From Candidatus Competibacter sp. (GTDB lineage: Bacteria; Pseudomonadota; Gammaproteobacteria; Competibacterales; Competibacteraceae): DNA of 64,000 nt. The stretch lies in contig JBAOII010000036.1 in the NCBI GenBank assembly GCA_037045685.1, positions 18,317 to 82,316 on the forward strand, given 5' to 3'. A program made the translations under genes and the position numbers. How positions within the stretch are numbered: position 1 is the stretch's first letter; every line of letters starts with the position of its first letter. Positions 28,575-38,723 of the stretch are shown piece by piece. The notes under the pieces were generated by a model, which was not told where the DNA came from, did no database searches, and saw only the letters and a program-made list of their open reading frames with translations.

Positions 28575-29367
28575 AATCATTCCAGGCGACAATTTGACGG
28601 CGTATCAGCGCTGGGAGATGCCCAGCGTGGAACGGCCGCCCGAACCGGAACCGCCGCCGGCCGCGCCCGCCGCCGCACCGGCCGAGGCCCGCGATGGCGC
28701 CCGCGCGCCGCGCCCGCCGAAAGCCGCCAAATCCGCGACGGCGTTGCCGACCCTGGAGGAAATCGAGGCGATCCAGCGCGAGGCCCACGAGGAGGGGTTC
28801 GCCGCCGGCTATCAGGAAGGCCGCCGGGAAGGCCGCGAACAGGGCTACAAGAAGGGCCAGCACGAGGGCCACGCGGAAGGCTATCAGCGCGGCTACGCCG
28901 AAGGGCTGGCCGGCGGTCGCGACGACGTGCTGTTGCGCGTCCAGAAACTCGATCAAATCCTGGGATTCATCGGCCGGCCGCTGGAACAGCTCGACGCGGC
29001 GGTCGAGGAGGAACTGACCTGGCTGGCCACCGAAATCGCCCGCCAGTTGGTGCGCCGGGAATTGCGCAACTCGCCCGGCGAGGTGGTGGCGGTGGTGCGC
29101 GAAGCGGTCGGCCTGTTGCCCGTGGCCAGCACCGACGTGCAGGTCCGCCTGCATCCCGAGGACGCGCAACTGATCCGCGAGGTGCTCTCGCTGGGCCGCG
29201 ACGACCAGCCGGTCTGGCGGATCGTCGAGGATCAGACCTTGAGCCGGGGCGGTTGCGTGGTCAACACCGACCTGTCGCGGATCGACGCGACGCTGGAGAA
29301 ACGGCTGGGCGCGGTGATCGCCACCGTGCTGGGGGACGAGCGTGAGCAAAATGGCAAGCGCGCCTGA
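28567..29367 (+). CDS. fliH: Flagellar assembly protein FliH
   Basis: 266 aa, TTG start. It has a Gly/charge repeat region ([38 protein letters not shown]) and a FliH C-terminal domain, and sits between fliG and fliI. Confidence 0.85.
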   Translation: MSKIIPGDNLTAYQRWEMPSVERPPEPEPPPAAPAAAPAEARDGARAPRPPKAAKSATALPTLEEIEAIQREAHEEGFAAGYQEGRREGREQGYKKGQHEGHAEGYQRGYAEGLAGGRDDVLLRVQKLDQILGFIGRPLEQLDAAVEEELTWLATEIARQLVRRELRNSPGEVVAVVREAVGLLPVASTDVQVRLHPEDAQLIREVLSLGRDDQPVWRIVEDQTLSRGGCVVNTDLSRIDATLEKRLGAVIATVLGDEREQNGKRA

Positions 29368-30724
29368 AATGAATCGCGCCCGTCACTGGGGCGCGCGCTT
29401 GGCCCAGCGGCGGTCCCGGATCGTCGAAACGCCGGGCTTGGTGGTGGAAGGACAATTGACCCGCCTGGTCGGTTTGACGCTGGAGGCGGCCGGTTGCGTG
29501 GCGCCGGTCGGCGCCCGCTGCTTGGTGGTGAATCCCGACGGCGGCCGCTTCCAGGCGGAAGTGGTCGGATTTTCGGGCGGCAAGCTGTTCCTGATGCCCA
29601 GCAGCGACATTCACGGCTTGATGCCGAACGCGCGGGTGATTCCCACCAACGGCGTCAGCCAGGTGCCGGTGGGCGAGGGCTTGCTCGGCCGGGTGCTGGA
29701 CGGCTCCGGCCGGTTCCTGGACGGGTTGCCGCCCCCGCCGCAAGTCGGCTGGGCCTCGCTGAGCGGCAAGACCATCAATCCGCTGTTGCGCAAGCCGATC
29801 CGCGAGCCGCTGGATGTCGGGGTGCGCGCCATCAACGCCCTGCTGTCGGTGGGGCGCGGCCAGCGCATGGGCCTGTTCGCCGGCTCCGGCGTCGGCAAGA
29901 GCGTGCTGCTCGGCATGATGACCCGGTTCACCAACGCCGAAGTGGTGGTGGTCGGGCTGATCGGCGAGCGCGGCCGAGAAGTGCAGGAGTTCATTCAGGA
30001 AATTCTCGGCCCGCAAGGCATGGCCCGGGCGGTGGTGGTGGCGGCTCCGGCCGACGACCCGCCGCTCAAGCGGCTGTACGGCGCCGCGCTGGCCACCCGC
30101 ATCGCCGAATATTTCCGCGATTCCGGCCGGCAGGTGTTGCTGCTGATGGATTCGCTGACCCGTTACGCCCAAGCCCAGCGCGAGATCGCGCTGGCCATCG
30201 GCGAGCCACCGGCCACCAAGGGCTATCCGCCGTCGGTGTTCGCCAAGCTGCCGCAACTGGTGGAGCGGGCCGGCAACGACACGGTCGGCGGCTCGATCAC
30301 CGCTTTTTACACCGTGCTGACCGAGGGCGACGACCAGCAGGACCCCATCGCCGACGCGGCCCGCGCCATTCTCGACGGTCATGTGGTGCTGTCGCGGCGG
30401 CTAGCCGAGGCCGGCCACTATCCGGCCATCGACATCGAAGCCTCGATCAGCCGGGTGATGCCGCAGATCAGCGGGCCCCGCCACCAGCAACTGGCGCGGC
30501 GGTTCAAGCACGTCTATTCGACTTACGAGCAGCACCGCGATCTGATCAACGTCGGGGCTTATGTCGCCGGCAGCGATCCGGCGGTGGACGAGGCGCGCGA
30601 ATTCCATCCCCGACTCCGACAGTTTTTGATGCAGGGCATCGACGAGCAGGTCACGCTGGCCGACAGCTTGCAGGCGCTGGAGGCGGTTCTGCAACCCAAG
30701 TCCAGGGAAGGGAAGGGGAAGTGA
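29342..30724 (+). CDS. fliI: Flagellum-specific ATPase FliI
   Basis: 460 aa. Walker A is [11 protein letters not shown] and Walker B is [11 protein letters not shown], on an F1/T3SS ATPase fold. An alternative ATG lies at 29351. Confidence 0.95.
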   Translation: MSKMASAPEMNRARHWGARLAQRRSRIVETPGLVVEGQLTRLVGLTLEAAGCVAPVGARCLVVNPDGGRFQAEVVGFSGGKLFLMPSSDIHGLMPNARVIPTNGVSQVPVGEGLLGRVLDGSGRFLDGLPPPPQVGWASLSGKTINPLLRKPIREPLDVGVRAINALLSVGRGQRMGLFAGSGVGKSVLLGMMTRFTNAEVVVVGLIGERGREVQEFIQEILGPQGMARAVVVAAPADDPPLKRLYGAALATRIAEYFRDSGRQVLLLMDSLTRYAQAQREIALAIGEPPATKGYPPSVFAKLPQLVERAGNDTVGGSITAFYTVLTEGDDQQDPIADAARAILDGHVVLSRRLAEAGHYPAIDIEASISRVMPQISGPRHQQLARRFKHVYSTYEQHRDLINVGAYVAGSDPAVDEAREFHPRLRQFLMQGIDEQVTLADSLQALEAVLQPKSREGKGK

Positions 30725-30742
30725 GGGGGGATTTAAAACGCC

Positions 30743-31210
30743 ATGGCAAAAAAATCCCATCCGTTGCAGGCGGCGGTGCGGGTCGCGCAATCCCGGGAGG
30801 ACGAGGCGGTCAAACTGCTGGCCGAATCCCAGCAGCGCGTGGTCGAGCAGCAGAATCGCTTGCGGCAGCTATTGCTGTTCCGGGGCGAGTACGCCACCCA
30901 GTTTCAGAGCGAAGGCAGCGGCGGCATTTCGGCCCGCCGGTTCCAGGATTACGCCACGTTTCTGAACAGCCTGGATCAAGGCATCACCCAATCGCGGCAA
31001 CAACTGGAGCGGCTGCAACACGAACTGCAACGCAAGCGCCAGGATTGGGTGCAAATGCACGCCAAGACCAAGGCGCTCGAAGAGGTGATGGAGCGCGACC
31101 GAAAAGTTCAGTCGCGCCAAGAAGATCAACGCGAACAGCGGGATAGCGACGAACGCAACCTGCGCGGCTCGGGCGGACGGCAACGGTCGTCGGCCGGGGA
31201 AGGCCCGTGA
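30743..31210 (+). CDS. fliJ: Flagellar export protein FliJ
   Basis: 155 aa coiled-coil protein directly after fliI. ...LLLFRGEYATQF...RKRQDWVQMHAKTKALEEVMER is typical of FliJ. Confidence 0.85.
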   Translation: MAKKSHPLQAAVRVAQSREDEAVKLLAESQQRVVEQQNRLRQLLLFRGEYATQFQSEGSGGISARRFQDYATFLNSLDQGITQSRQQLERLQHELQRKRQDWVQMHAKTKALEEVMERDRKVQSRQEDQREQRDSDERNLRGSGGRQRSSAGEGP

Positions 31211-31252
31211 TCGACGGCCGGAATCATCGAAAATCTTGGAGAGAACGACATC

Positions 31253-33185
31253 ATGGCTCAACTTGAACTCGCCAATTTAGCGCCGGCCACCGGCGCGGCC
31301 GCCAAGGTCATCGGGGTGGGAACCACGGTTGAAGCCGATGGGGGAGCGGCCATGGCAAAGTCGTTTTCCTTCAGTCTGCTGCAAGCGGACGCCTCGGGGA
31401 ATCCCGTTGTGGCGGTTTTCTCTGGACTCGCGACCGGGGAGGCCGGGTTGTCGGCCATCAATCCGCCAGCGGCGCAACCCGGTCTGGAGCTGATCGATCC
31501 GACGGATCTCGGCAAGGCCGGGGAACAGCTTATGGTCGCGGCGTTGACGGCGGGATTGACCCAGGAAGCGGGCGAGGGCAAACCGGAAGAGTCGAAGGAA
31601 TCGACGACCGAGGCCGTCGCCAACGATTCGGACACCGCGACCGGACAGATGGAAACCGAAGCTGTTTGGGTCGGCCTGCCGTTGTTCATGGATGCGCGGG
31701 CAGCGCTGCGGAATGCCGGTGCTTCGGAGGTTGCGACGTCGTCGTCCACCGTCTCGGTGGATGCGGCGCGATTGCGCTTGATACGGTGTTCGACGCCCGC
31801 TTCGGGTCGCTTGGTGGATGGCGGCCGTGGGCTGGCGCGGCCGACCGGCGAGCCGGTATCCGAAGCCTTGGCCGGTTTGGGTTTGGTATCGGCTGTCCCC
31901 CCATCGCTGGCGCCGGCACCGGTCGCCGGAGCGGCGTCCGGTGCCGCCATGACCAAACCGGAGACTGGTGCGGCGGCGAGTTTGGCGGAAGGCTTGGAAA
32001 ACCTCGAGATCGCTCGGCCGGCCGATTCCCGATCCCCGTCCGATTTGGTTGTGGCGACTGGATTAGCGGTTGGGCCGACGGTTGGGCCGGCGGTTGGGCC
32101 GACGGCGGAGTCGGTGGCGGGCGAGGCGACGGCAGTCGCGGTTGAAGAAGCGGTCGCGGTCGGGCAGACGCATGGAATCGTGCCGCGCTCGGATGCGCCG
32201 AGCGCCGCCAGCGCGGCATCGACCCATGCCATCTCTGTTGGGGCAATCACCGCAGAGGAGGAGAGCGGTGCGGCTGGCCGGACCGGCGCCGTCAGCGACC
32301 CGCGTTCGGCGCAACCGGCAAGCGGCCATCCGTTGCAGTGGCATCCCCGGCTGGCCGAATCCCTAGCCCGGATCGGTTCCGAGCCGGCGGCGGCGGGGCA
32401 ACTGGCGCCGGCAGGAAACGAGGGCACTATCGAGCAAGCATCGCAACCGACAGCGGCGGCGGACAAAAACAGGGCGGATGCCGCTCGGCCGCTGCCGCCG
32501 GCCGGTCAGGAGCTGGCTTCGCTGTTGGCATCCAATCAAGCGCCGGGCCGACCGGCCGACACGGTTGCCGCGCTCGCGGCCGGACGCCCCGAAGAGGCGG
32601 TGCGGGAAGTGGTTGCCATCCGCGCCGGAGAACCGGCCGGGCCGGCCAATGGCGGAACGCCGACCCAGGCCGGCGCATCGTCCTCCGCGCCGGCCCGCCC
32701 GGAAGCGGCGGCATCGCCTGGCTTCCCTGCCGACAACGCCGGATGTATTGAATCTCAATCAGAAAAATTGGGAGCGAACGCTGGGCCACCAACTGAATTG
32801 GATGGTGAACAACCGGCTTCAGGAAGCGGAAATCAAAGTCAATCCACCCGACTTGGGACCGCTCGAAGTCCGGGTGTCGCTGCATCACAACCAGACCAAC
32901 GTGACGTTCTTCAGCCACGAGGCCGCCGTGCGGGAAGCGCTCGAAAGCGCGTTGCCCCGGCTGCGGGAGATGTTGGACGGCCAAGGGATCACGCTGAACC
33001 AGGCGCAGGTATCCGATCAGTCGCTGGCCCGCCAGCAGGCGGGCGCCGGCGAGCAGCCGTCTTACGGCCAGCGCGACGGTGGCCGGCCGGTGGCCACGCC
33101 GGGCGCGGAAGCGGCGATGGAGGCGGAAGAATCGTCCCGGCCACGCTCCCGCAGCCTGCTCGGGATGGTGGACGATTACGCCTGA
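31253..33185 (+). pseudogene. fliK: Flagellar hook-length control protein FliK, with an apparent +1 frameshift between the N-terminal ruler region and the conserved C-terminal domain
   Basis: The Ala/Pro/Gly-rich N-terminal region is in the frame of ATG 31253. The conserved FliK C-terminal domain (LNLNQKNWERTLGHQLNWMVNNRLQEAEIKVNPPDLGPLEVRVSLHHNQTNVTFFSHEAAVREALESALPRLREMLDGQGI) is in the +1 frame, which ends at 33185. That second frame has a TAG at 32364-32366 and reads Arg-rich nonsense before about 32720. Confidence 0.7.
32068..32103 (+). repeat. 12-nt tandem repeat x3 inside fliK (GGTTGGGCCGRC, encoding VGPT/VGPA)
   Basis: Read directly from the sequence. In frame. Confidence 0.9.
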
Positions 33186-33437
33186 AGCATGACTGCCATC
33201 AGGGATCGGGCCGCGTCCATGGCCCGGTCCGCAGAAAACCGGAGAAGAGCCGGCGCCGAGCCGGCTTGATCGGCAGGGCGATTGCCGTCCGGTTCAAGGT
33301 TTTTTCTTGATGCCGATCTGGGCCGCAGAGATCGACGGGGCAGTGAAAGCGGCGGACCCGAGCGCCGCGATCCGCCTGTTGTCGAGAGAGATCGAAGGCG
33401 CTTTCCGGATGGGATTGATCTGGCCCGACCGGGGATT

Positions 33438-33932
33438 CTAGCCGCCGCCAACCGGATCGCTCTCGCGCAACTCGGCGACGCGAGAGGTGAATTGCCGGAT
33501 CGATTCGCCGGCGACGCTGCTGGGGCTGACCTGGTTGCTGGAGTGCAACATGCAAATCAAATCGGCTTCGCCCCGGCTGAGCCCGCAAAGCTCCATGATC
33601 TCGTCCACGCTGGCGCCTTGCAGGGCCAGTTTGGTGGCCACCTTGAAAAACTTCTGATCGGCGTCCCGGTTGAGCGGAAGCCCCGGCGGACCCCCCTGCT
33701 CCCGGAGCTGTCCGATTTGCACTTCCAGTTTCACCAGCCGCTCGCCCAGCGCCGCCAGCGAAAGGGTGACGCCTTTCAAGTCCTGATGCAGGTTGGGCGG
33801 CTCTTCCCGGCCGGCTTCGGTTTCGGGCGCCGGGGAGAACAGCCGGGCCGCCAGAAAACCCAGCGCGATCATCAGCGCGTTGCCGATCAGCAGGGCGGCA
33901 ATCGCGATACCGTGAAACAAGACATCGTGCAT
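33438..33932 (-). CDS. DUF2802-family protein (associated with flagellar/chemotaxis clusters)
   Basis: 164 aa. It has an N-terminal TM helix, a coiled-coil and the C-terminal motif ...ALQGASVDEIMELCGLSRGEADLICMLH typical of DUF2802. It lies downstream of motD, as in Pseudomonas and Vibrio. Confidence 0.7.
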   Translation of the reverse strand: MHDVLFHGIAIAALLIGNALMIALGFLAARLFSPAPETEAGREEPPNLHQDLKGVTLSLAALGERLVKLEVQIGQLREQGGPPGLPLNRDADQKFFKVATKLALQGASVDEIMELCGLSRGEADLICMLHSSNQVSPSSVAGESIRQFTSRVAELRESDPVGGG

Positions 33933-33971
33933 GGGTTTGCCCCGGCGCGTGTGGAGGATGAGGTCGAGTCG

Positions 33972-34952
33972 TTATTTGGACGGTTTTCGGGTTGCGACCG
34001 CGTTCTCGGCGATGATGCCGGCGGGCGGCGCGGGCGGCGCGGGCGGCGCGGCGCTGGCCTGGTCGAAATCCGCCGGATAGCGGGTGTCGGTGTTGCCCAT
34101 GATCACCAAGACCACCCGGCGATTCTGCAAGCGACCCTGCTCGGTGCGGTTGTCGGCGATGGGTTGGTGCTCGCCGTAGCCGATCGCCGCCATGCGCTCC
34201 GGCCGCACGCCGTCGTTCATCAGAACGTGGACCATGTTGGCGGCGCGGGCCGCCGACAGCTCCCAGTTCGACGGATAGATCGGCGTGTTGATCGGCCGGT
34301 TGTCGGTGAAACCCTCGACCTGAATGCGGTTGGGGATTTCCCGCAGGATTTCGGCGATCACGGCCATCGGCGGCAGCGCTTCCGGGTTGACGATGGCGCT
34401 GCCGCTGGCGAACAAGATGCTGTTTTTGATTTCCACTTCCACCCAAAAGTCGCTGCTGCGAACGTTGACCAGATCGGTGCGGATCAGCTTCGCCAAGTGC
34501 TCCCGCAGCTTGGCCGCGACCTTGGCCAGATTCGGATCGCCCGCAGCTTTGCCGTCGGCGAGCTCGGAGGCGAGCACCGGCGCGGAAGGTTTGCCGGTCG
34601 GGCCGTAGTCCTTCGCCACGGCGTGCAGCGTCCGCGGGGCGCGCTGGAAGATGGCGGTGGGCAGGGGCCGCAGATCGGGAGCCACGCCGGGATTCATGTT
34701 CGGTTGGCCGACCGCCTGCGGGGACGGCGTCCCGACCATCCCGCCCAATTGGATCGGCTTCATGCTGTTGGGGGTGGGGGAGCGAAAGGCCGTCATCATC
34801 GATTCGGACAGCACCCGGAATTTGCCTTCGTTGACCGAGGATACCGAATACATCACCACAAAGAAAGCGAACAGCAGGGTGATGAAGTCGGCGTAGGAAA
34901 CCAGCCAGCGCTCGTGATTCTCGTGGGACTCGGCGTGCTTTTTCTTGCTCAT
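33972..34952 (-). CDS. motD: Flagellar stator protein MotD (MotB/OmpA family)
   Basis: 326 aa. ...HERWLVSYADFITLLFAFFVVMY is the plug/TM segment with the conserved Asp. The C-terminus is an OmpA-like peptidoglycan-binding domain (...NWELSAARAANMV...NRRVVLVI). Confidence 0.9.
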   Translation of the reverse strand: MSKKKHAESHENHERWLVSYADFITLLFAFFVVMYSVSSVNEGKFRVLSESMMTAFRSPTPNSMKPIQLGGMVGTPSPQAVGQPNMNPGVAPDLRPLPTAIFQRAPRTLHAVAKDYGPTGKPSAPVLASELADGKAAGDPNLAKVAAKLREHLAKLIRTDLVNVRSSDFWVEVEIKNSILFASGSAIVNPEALPPMAVIAEILREIPNRIQVEGFTDNRPINTPIYPSNWELSAARAANMVHVLMNDGVRPERMAAIGYGEHQPIADNRTEQGRLQNRRVVLVIMGNTDTRYPADFDQASAAPPAPPAPPAGIIAENAVATRKPSK

Positions 34953-34962
34953 CGCGGCAGTC

Positions 34963-35706
34963 TCAGCCCTGGGTGAAGCCCTGCAAGCGCGATTCGATGT
35001 TGCGCGGGTTCTCGCCGTGGGCGATGGCGATGATGCCTTCGATGAACAGCTCGCAAAGGCGGGTCTGTTTCTTGACGGCGCTCTTGATCTTGTTGCCCAT
35101 CGGCAAGGCGAACACGTTGGCCAAGATCAGGCCGTAAATGGTGGCGACGAACGCGGCGGCGATACCGCCCCCCAGCTTGCTGGGGTCGGCCAGGTTGCCC
35201 ATGACGTGGATCAGGCCCAGCACCGCGCCGATGATGCCGATGGTGGGCGCGTAACCGCCGAGCGCTTCGAAAAAGCTGATCGCCTGCAAGTCGTTTTCCT
35301 CGCGGATGGCCATATCCATTTCCAGAATGTGGCGGATTTCCTCCGGCTCCTTGCCGTCCACCAGCAGTTGCAGGGCCTTGGACGCGAAGGGGTCCGGTTC
35401 CTGCTGGATGTAATCCTCCAGCCGCAGCAGGCCTTCCTTGCGGGCGATGTTGCTCCATTCGACGATTTTTTCGATGGCGGGCTGCATCGCGACTGCGGGC
35501 GGCAGGAAGGCCCACTTGGCGCGGCCGAGCGCCCGCTTGAACACGTCCATCGGCATCTGCACCAGCACCGCGCCGAGGGTGCCGCCGACCACGATCAGGA
35601 ACGCCGGGCCGTTGAGCAGCGAGCTGACGTGGCCGCCTTCGATCAGCATGCCGCCGATGATGCCGCCGAAGGCGACCACCAGGCCGGCGAGAGTGAGAAT
35701 GTCCAC
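34963..35706 (-). CDS. motC: Flagellar stator protein MotC (MotA/PomA family)
   Basis: 247 aa. MDILTLAGLVVAFGGIIGGMLIEGG...APTIGIIGAVLGLIHVM...AFVATIYGLILANVFALP is the MotA/TolQ/ExbB channel signature. Confidence 0.9.
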   Translation of the reverse strand: MDILTLAGLVVAFGGIIGGMLIEGGHVSSLLNGPAFLIVVGGTLGAVLVQMPMDVFKRALGRAKWAFLPPAVAMQPAIEKIVEWSNIARKEGLLRLEDYIQQEPDPFASKALQLLVDGKEPEEIRHILEMDMAIREENDLQAISFFEALGGYAPTIGIIGAVLGLIHVMGNLADPSKLGGGIAAAFVATIYGLILANVFALPMGNKIKSAVKKQTRLCELFIEGIIAIAHGENPRNIESRLQGFTQG

Positions 35707-35732
35707 GATTTCGCTCCGATGAGATCAGAGGT

Positions 35733-36458
35733 TCAGGCCGCGCCGGCCCCGACCCGCGCCCGCAGCCGGGCGAGCGCCTGGCCGTGCAACTGGCTGACCC
35801 GCGATTCGCTCACGCCCAGCACCGCGCCGATTTCCTTGAGGTGCAGCTCCTCGTCGTAATAGAGCGACAGCACCAGCTTTTCCCGCTCGGGCAGCAGATC
35901 GATCGCCGAAGCCAGCAGCTTGAGCAGGCTGTCCCGGCCGACGGCTTCGGACGGATCGCCGCCGGGCGCGGGCACGCGATGGATTTCGCTCTCGTCGTCC
36001 GGCCCGCCCTCGTCGAGCGACAGCAAGCGTTGGCCGCGCAGGTCGGTCAGCGCCTCGTGATACTCGGTCAGGCTCACGCCCATCTGCTCGGCGATGTCCC
36101 GGTCTTGGGCCTCGCGGCCGGTGGCGGTTTCCACGGCGTGGATCGCCGCCGTCACCTCGCGCGCCTTGCGGTGCACCGAGCGCGGCGTCCAGTCGCCCTT
36201 GCGGATCTCGTCGAGCATGGCGCCGCGAATGCGCGGTTCGGCGAAGGTGGCGAAGCTGGCGCCCTGAGCCGGATCGTAGCGCCGCGCCGCTTCCAGCAGA
36301 CCCAACATGCCGGCCTGGATCAGATCGTCCACCTGCACCGATGCCGGCAACCGGGCCAGCAGGTGGTAGGCGATCCGCTTGACCTGCGGCGCGTGGCGGG
36401 CGATCAAGTCGTCCGCCGTCTCGCCGCCCAGGCTGGCGTACAGGGCCACGCCTTTCAT
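35733..36458 (-). CDS. fliA: Flagellar sigma factor FliA (sigma-28)
   Basis: 241 aa. It has sigma-70 region 2 (DDLIQAGMLGLLEAARRYD), region 3 and region 4 (LHLKEIGAVLGVSESRVSQLH). Confidence 0.95.
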   Translation of the reverse strand: MKGVALYASLGGETADDLIARHAPQVKRIAYHLLARLPASVQVDDLIQAGMLGLLEAARRYDPAQGASFATFAEPRIRGAMLDEIRKGDWTPRSVHRKAREVTAAIHAVETATGREAQDRDIAEQMGVSLTEYHEALTDLRGQRLLSLDEGGPDDESEIHRVPAPGGDPSEAVGRDSLLKLLASAIDLLPEREKLVLSLYYDEELHLKEIGAVLGVSESRVSQLHGQALARLRARVGAGAA

Positions 36459-37345
36459 TCACCGCGTTCCTTGAGCCGGTAGGCGGGGTCGATCAGGCGT
36501 TCGATGAAAAATTGCAGATAGCCGCTGGCGCTGCGGGGGATCGGCCAGCGCCCGATGATGTGGGCGGCCAGCCGGTGAAAGGCTTCGGCCGAGCGGCTGC
36601 TCGGGAAGGCTTCCACCACGGCGCGCTGGGCCTGGACCGCCTTGCGCAACTGCGGGTCTTCGGGGATGAACCCGCAAAAGCTCAGGCTCACGTCCAGAAA
36701 CCGGTCGGAAACCCGGACCAGCTTGTTGAACAGCTCGCGGCCTTCCTGGGCGGTGGCGACCCGGTTGGCGAGGATCTGGAACCGGTCCATGTCGTAATCC
36801 TGGCTGAGCAGCTTGATCAGGGCGTAGGCGTCGGTGATCGAGGCCGGCTCGTCGCAGACCACCACGATGACGTCGTGGGAGGCCCGGCTGAAGGTGACCA
36901 CGCTGTCGGAGATGCCGGCGGCGGAGTCGATCAGCATGATGTCCACCGAGTCGTTCAGCTCGCTGAAGGCGCCGACCAGACCGGCGTTTTCCTCCGGCGT
37001 CAGCTCCGCCATGCGCTTGACCCCGGAACTGGCCGGAATGATCCGGATGCCGTTCGGGCCGGTGACGATGATTTCCTCCAGGGTCCGTTCCTGGCTGATG
37101 ACGTGGGACAGGTTGTAGAGCGGGTGCAGCCCCAGGATCACGTCCACGTTGGCCAGCCCGAGATCGGCGTCCAGCAGCATGACGCTCTGGTTCTGGAGGC
37201 TCAGGGCCAACGCCAGGTTGACCGAGATGTTGGTTTTGCCGACGCCGCCCTTGCCGCTGGTCACGCAGACCACGCGCACGGGCCGGTTATGGGTCGATTG
37301 TGACATGCCGAAAGCCTGAGCGCGGAGCGGTTCAACAGCAGACAT
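36455..37345 (-). CDS. fleN: Flagellar number regulator FleN/FlhG (MinD/ParA-type ATPase)
   Basis: 296 aa with the deviant Walker A TSGKGGVGKTNISVNLA, located between flhF and fliA. An alternative start lies at 37306. Confidence 0.9.
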   Translation of the reverse strand: MSAVEPLRAQAFGMSQSTHNRPVRVVCVTSGKGGVGKTNISVNLALALSLQNQSVMLLDADLGLANVDVILGLHPLYNLSHVISQERTLEEIIVTGPNGIRIIPASSGVKRMAELTPEENAGLVGAFSELNDSVDIMLIDSAAGISDSVVTFSRASHDVIVVVCDEPASITDAYALIKLLSQDYDMDRFQILANRVATAQEGRELFNKLVRVSDRFLDVSLSFCGFIPEDPQLRKAVQAQRAVVEAFPSSRSAEAFHRLAAHIIGRWPIPRSASGYLQFFIERLIDPAYRLKERGE

Positions 37346-38663
37346 GAGCGGTCAACCTCTTCCCGAAGGTCAGCGCGAGGGTATCGTTTTCGAGCGCCGC
37401 TGCGTACAGCCCCGCGAATTCCTCGCCCAGCCGGATCAGGGCATCGATTTGCGCCGCCTGGAGATCCTCGGGCACCCGCTGGCCGTTGCAGATGTACGCC
37501 AGCGGCAGGCCCTGTTCGTGCACCGCCGAGAGCGCCGCGCCCAGCCGGGTGGTTTCGTCCACCTTGGTGAGGATGGCGCCGCTCAGGGGCACGCGGGCGA
37601 ACGCGGTCATCGATTCCTGGAGCACGGCGTGCTGGGCGTTGGCGGCCAGCACCAGATAGCTGCGGATGTGGGAGGGATCGTCGAGCAGGGCGAATTGCTG
37701 CGACAGGCGCAGGTCGCGCTGGCTCATGCCGGCGGTGTCGATCAGGATCAAAGACTTGTCGGAAAACGCCCGGATGGTCTCCTGCAACTCTTGCGCGCTG
37801 CGGACCAGGCGCACCGGCGCGTCCAGGATCATGCCGAAGGTGCAAAGCTGCTCGAAGGCGCCGATCCGGTAGCTGTCGGTGGTGATCAGCGCCACCCGGT
37901 TCGGGCCGTGACGCAAGTTGTAGCGCGCGGCCAGCTTGGCGGCGGTGGTGGTCTTGCCGACCCCGGTCGGACCGATCAGGGCCGCGACGCCGCCCCGGGT
38001 CAGGATATCGTCCTGGGTGACGGACAGGCCGCGCCCCAGGGTCGCGAGCGCCAGCCGCCACGCCCGCGCCGGGTCGGACTCGCCGGCGGCGGCGTCGGCC
38101 AAGTGCAGGCACAGGTTGGGGTTGCAACCGAAATCCAGCAACTGGCCCAGCAGATCGGCCCGGTGGGGTTGCCGGCGTCCCAGCTCGCCCCAGGCCAGCC
38201 CCGAGAGCTGCTGCTCCAGCAGGTTGTGCATGATTTGAAGCTCGTGGCGCATTTCCACCAGCAGCGGATCCTGCGACCAGACCACGCGCGGCTTGTCGGG
38301 TCGCGCCGGTCCCGCCGCCGGCTCGGCGCTCGCCGGCCGCGCCGCCGGGGCGGCGGGAATGGCCGACCGGATCGTCCGGATCGCCGCCGCCGGCTCGGCC
38401 GGCCGAGGTTCCTCCCCATCCGGGTTGGCGTCTGCGGACACGCCGGTTTCGGGGACCTCGGCGCGGGTCCGCGCGCCGGCGTCGGGCGCCGCCGGCAGTT
38501 GCATCCCTTGCAGCAGCCGTTCGTCGTAATCGACCGCCGCGATGATTTCGAAGCCGGCCTCGGAGCGCTGGTTGGACAGGATCACCGCGTCCGGACCCAG
38601 CTCCTCCCGGATTTTGCGCATCGCTTCACGGATATTGGCGGCATTCAATCGTTTGATTTTCAT
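37332..38663 (-). CDS. flhF: Flagellar biosynthesis GTPase FlhF (SRP family)
   Basis: 443 aa. MKIKRLNAANIREAMRKIREELGPDAVILS is the B-domain and GPTGVGKTTTAAKLAAR...DTAG is the SRP-type G domain. Confidence 0.9.
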   Translation of the reverse strand: MKIKRLNAANIREAMRKIREELGPDAVILSNQRSEAGFEIIAAVDYDERLLQGMQLPAAPDAGARTRAEVPETGVSADANPDGEEPRPAEPAAAIRTIRSAIPAAPAARPASAEPAAGPARPDKPRVVWSQDPLLVEMRHELQIMHNLLEQQLSGLAWGELGRRQPHRADLLGQLLDFGCNPNLCLHLADAAAGESDPARAWRLALATLGRGLSVTQDDILTRGGVAALIGPTGVGKTTTAAKLAARYNLRHGPNRVALITTDSYRIGAFEQLCTFGMILDAPVRLVRSAQELQETIRAFSDKSLILIDTAGMSQRDLRLSQQFALLDDPSHIRSYLVLAANAQHAVLQESMTAFARVPLSGAILTKVDETTRLGAALSAVHEQGLPLAYICNGQRVPEDLQAAQIDALIRLGEEFAGLYAAALENDTLALTFGKRLTAHVCC

Positions 38664-38723
38664 CGTGTTCGTTCCTGCGGTTGTCGCGACTTCCGCATCC
38701 GGGGCAGGCCGCGTTCGATTCGC

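Noticed and set aside
25728-28597. 954-aa minus-strand ORF and 938-aa plus-strand alternative-frame ORF overlapping fliF and fliG
   Set aside because: Both are low-complexity Arg/Gly/Pro-rich products. The fliF and fliG frames carry clear family signatures. These are GC-driven open frames.
28700-28930. Gly/charged repeat region in FliH as a novel repeat
   Set aside because: AxxxG/GxxxG-type repeats are a known feature of FliH proteins.
33271-33306. Possible rho-independent terminator after fliK (CGGCA...TGCCG followed by TTTTTT)
   Set aside because: The stem is only 5 bp and is separated from the T-run by 12 nt, so this is not a canonical terminator geometry.
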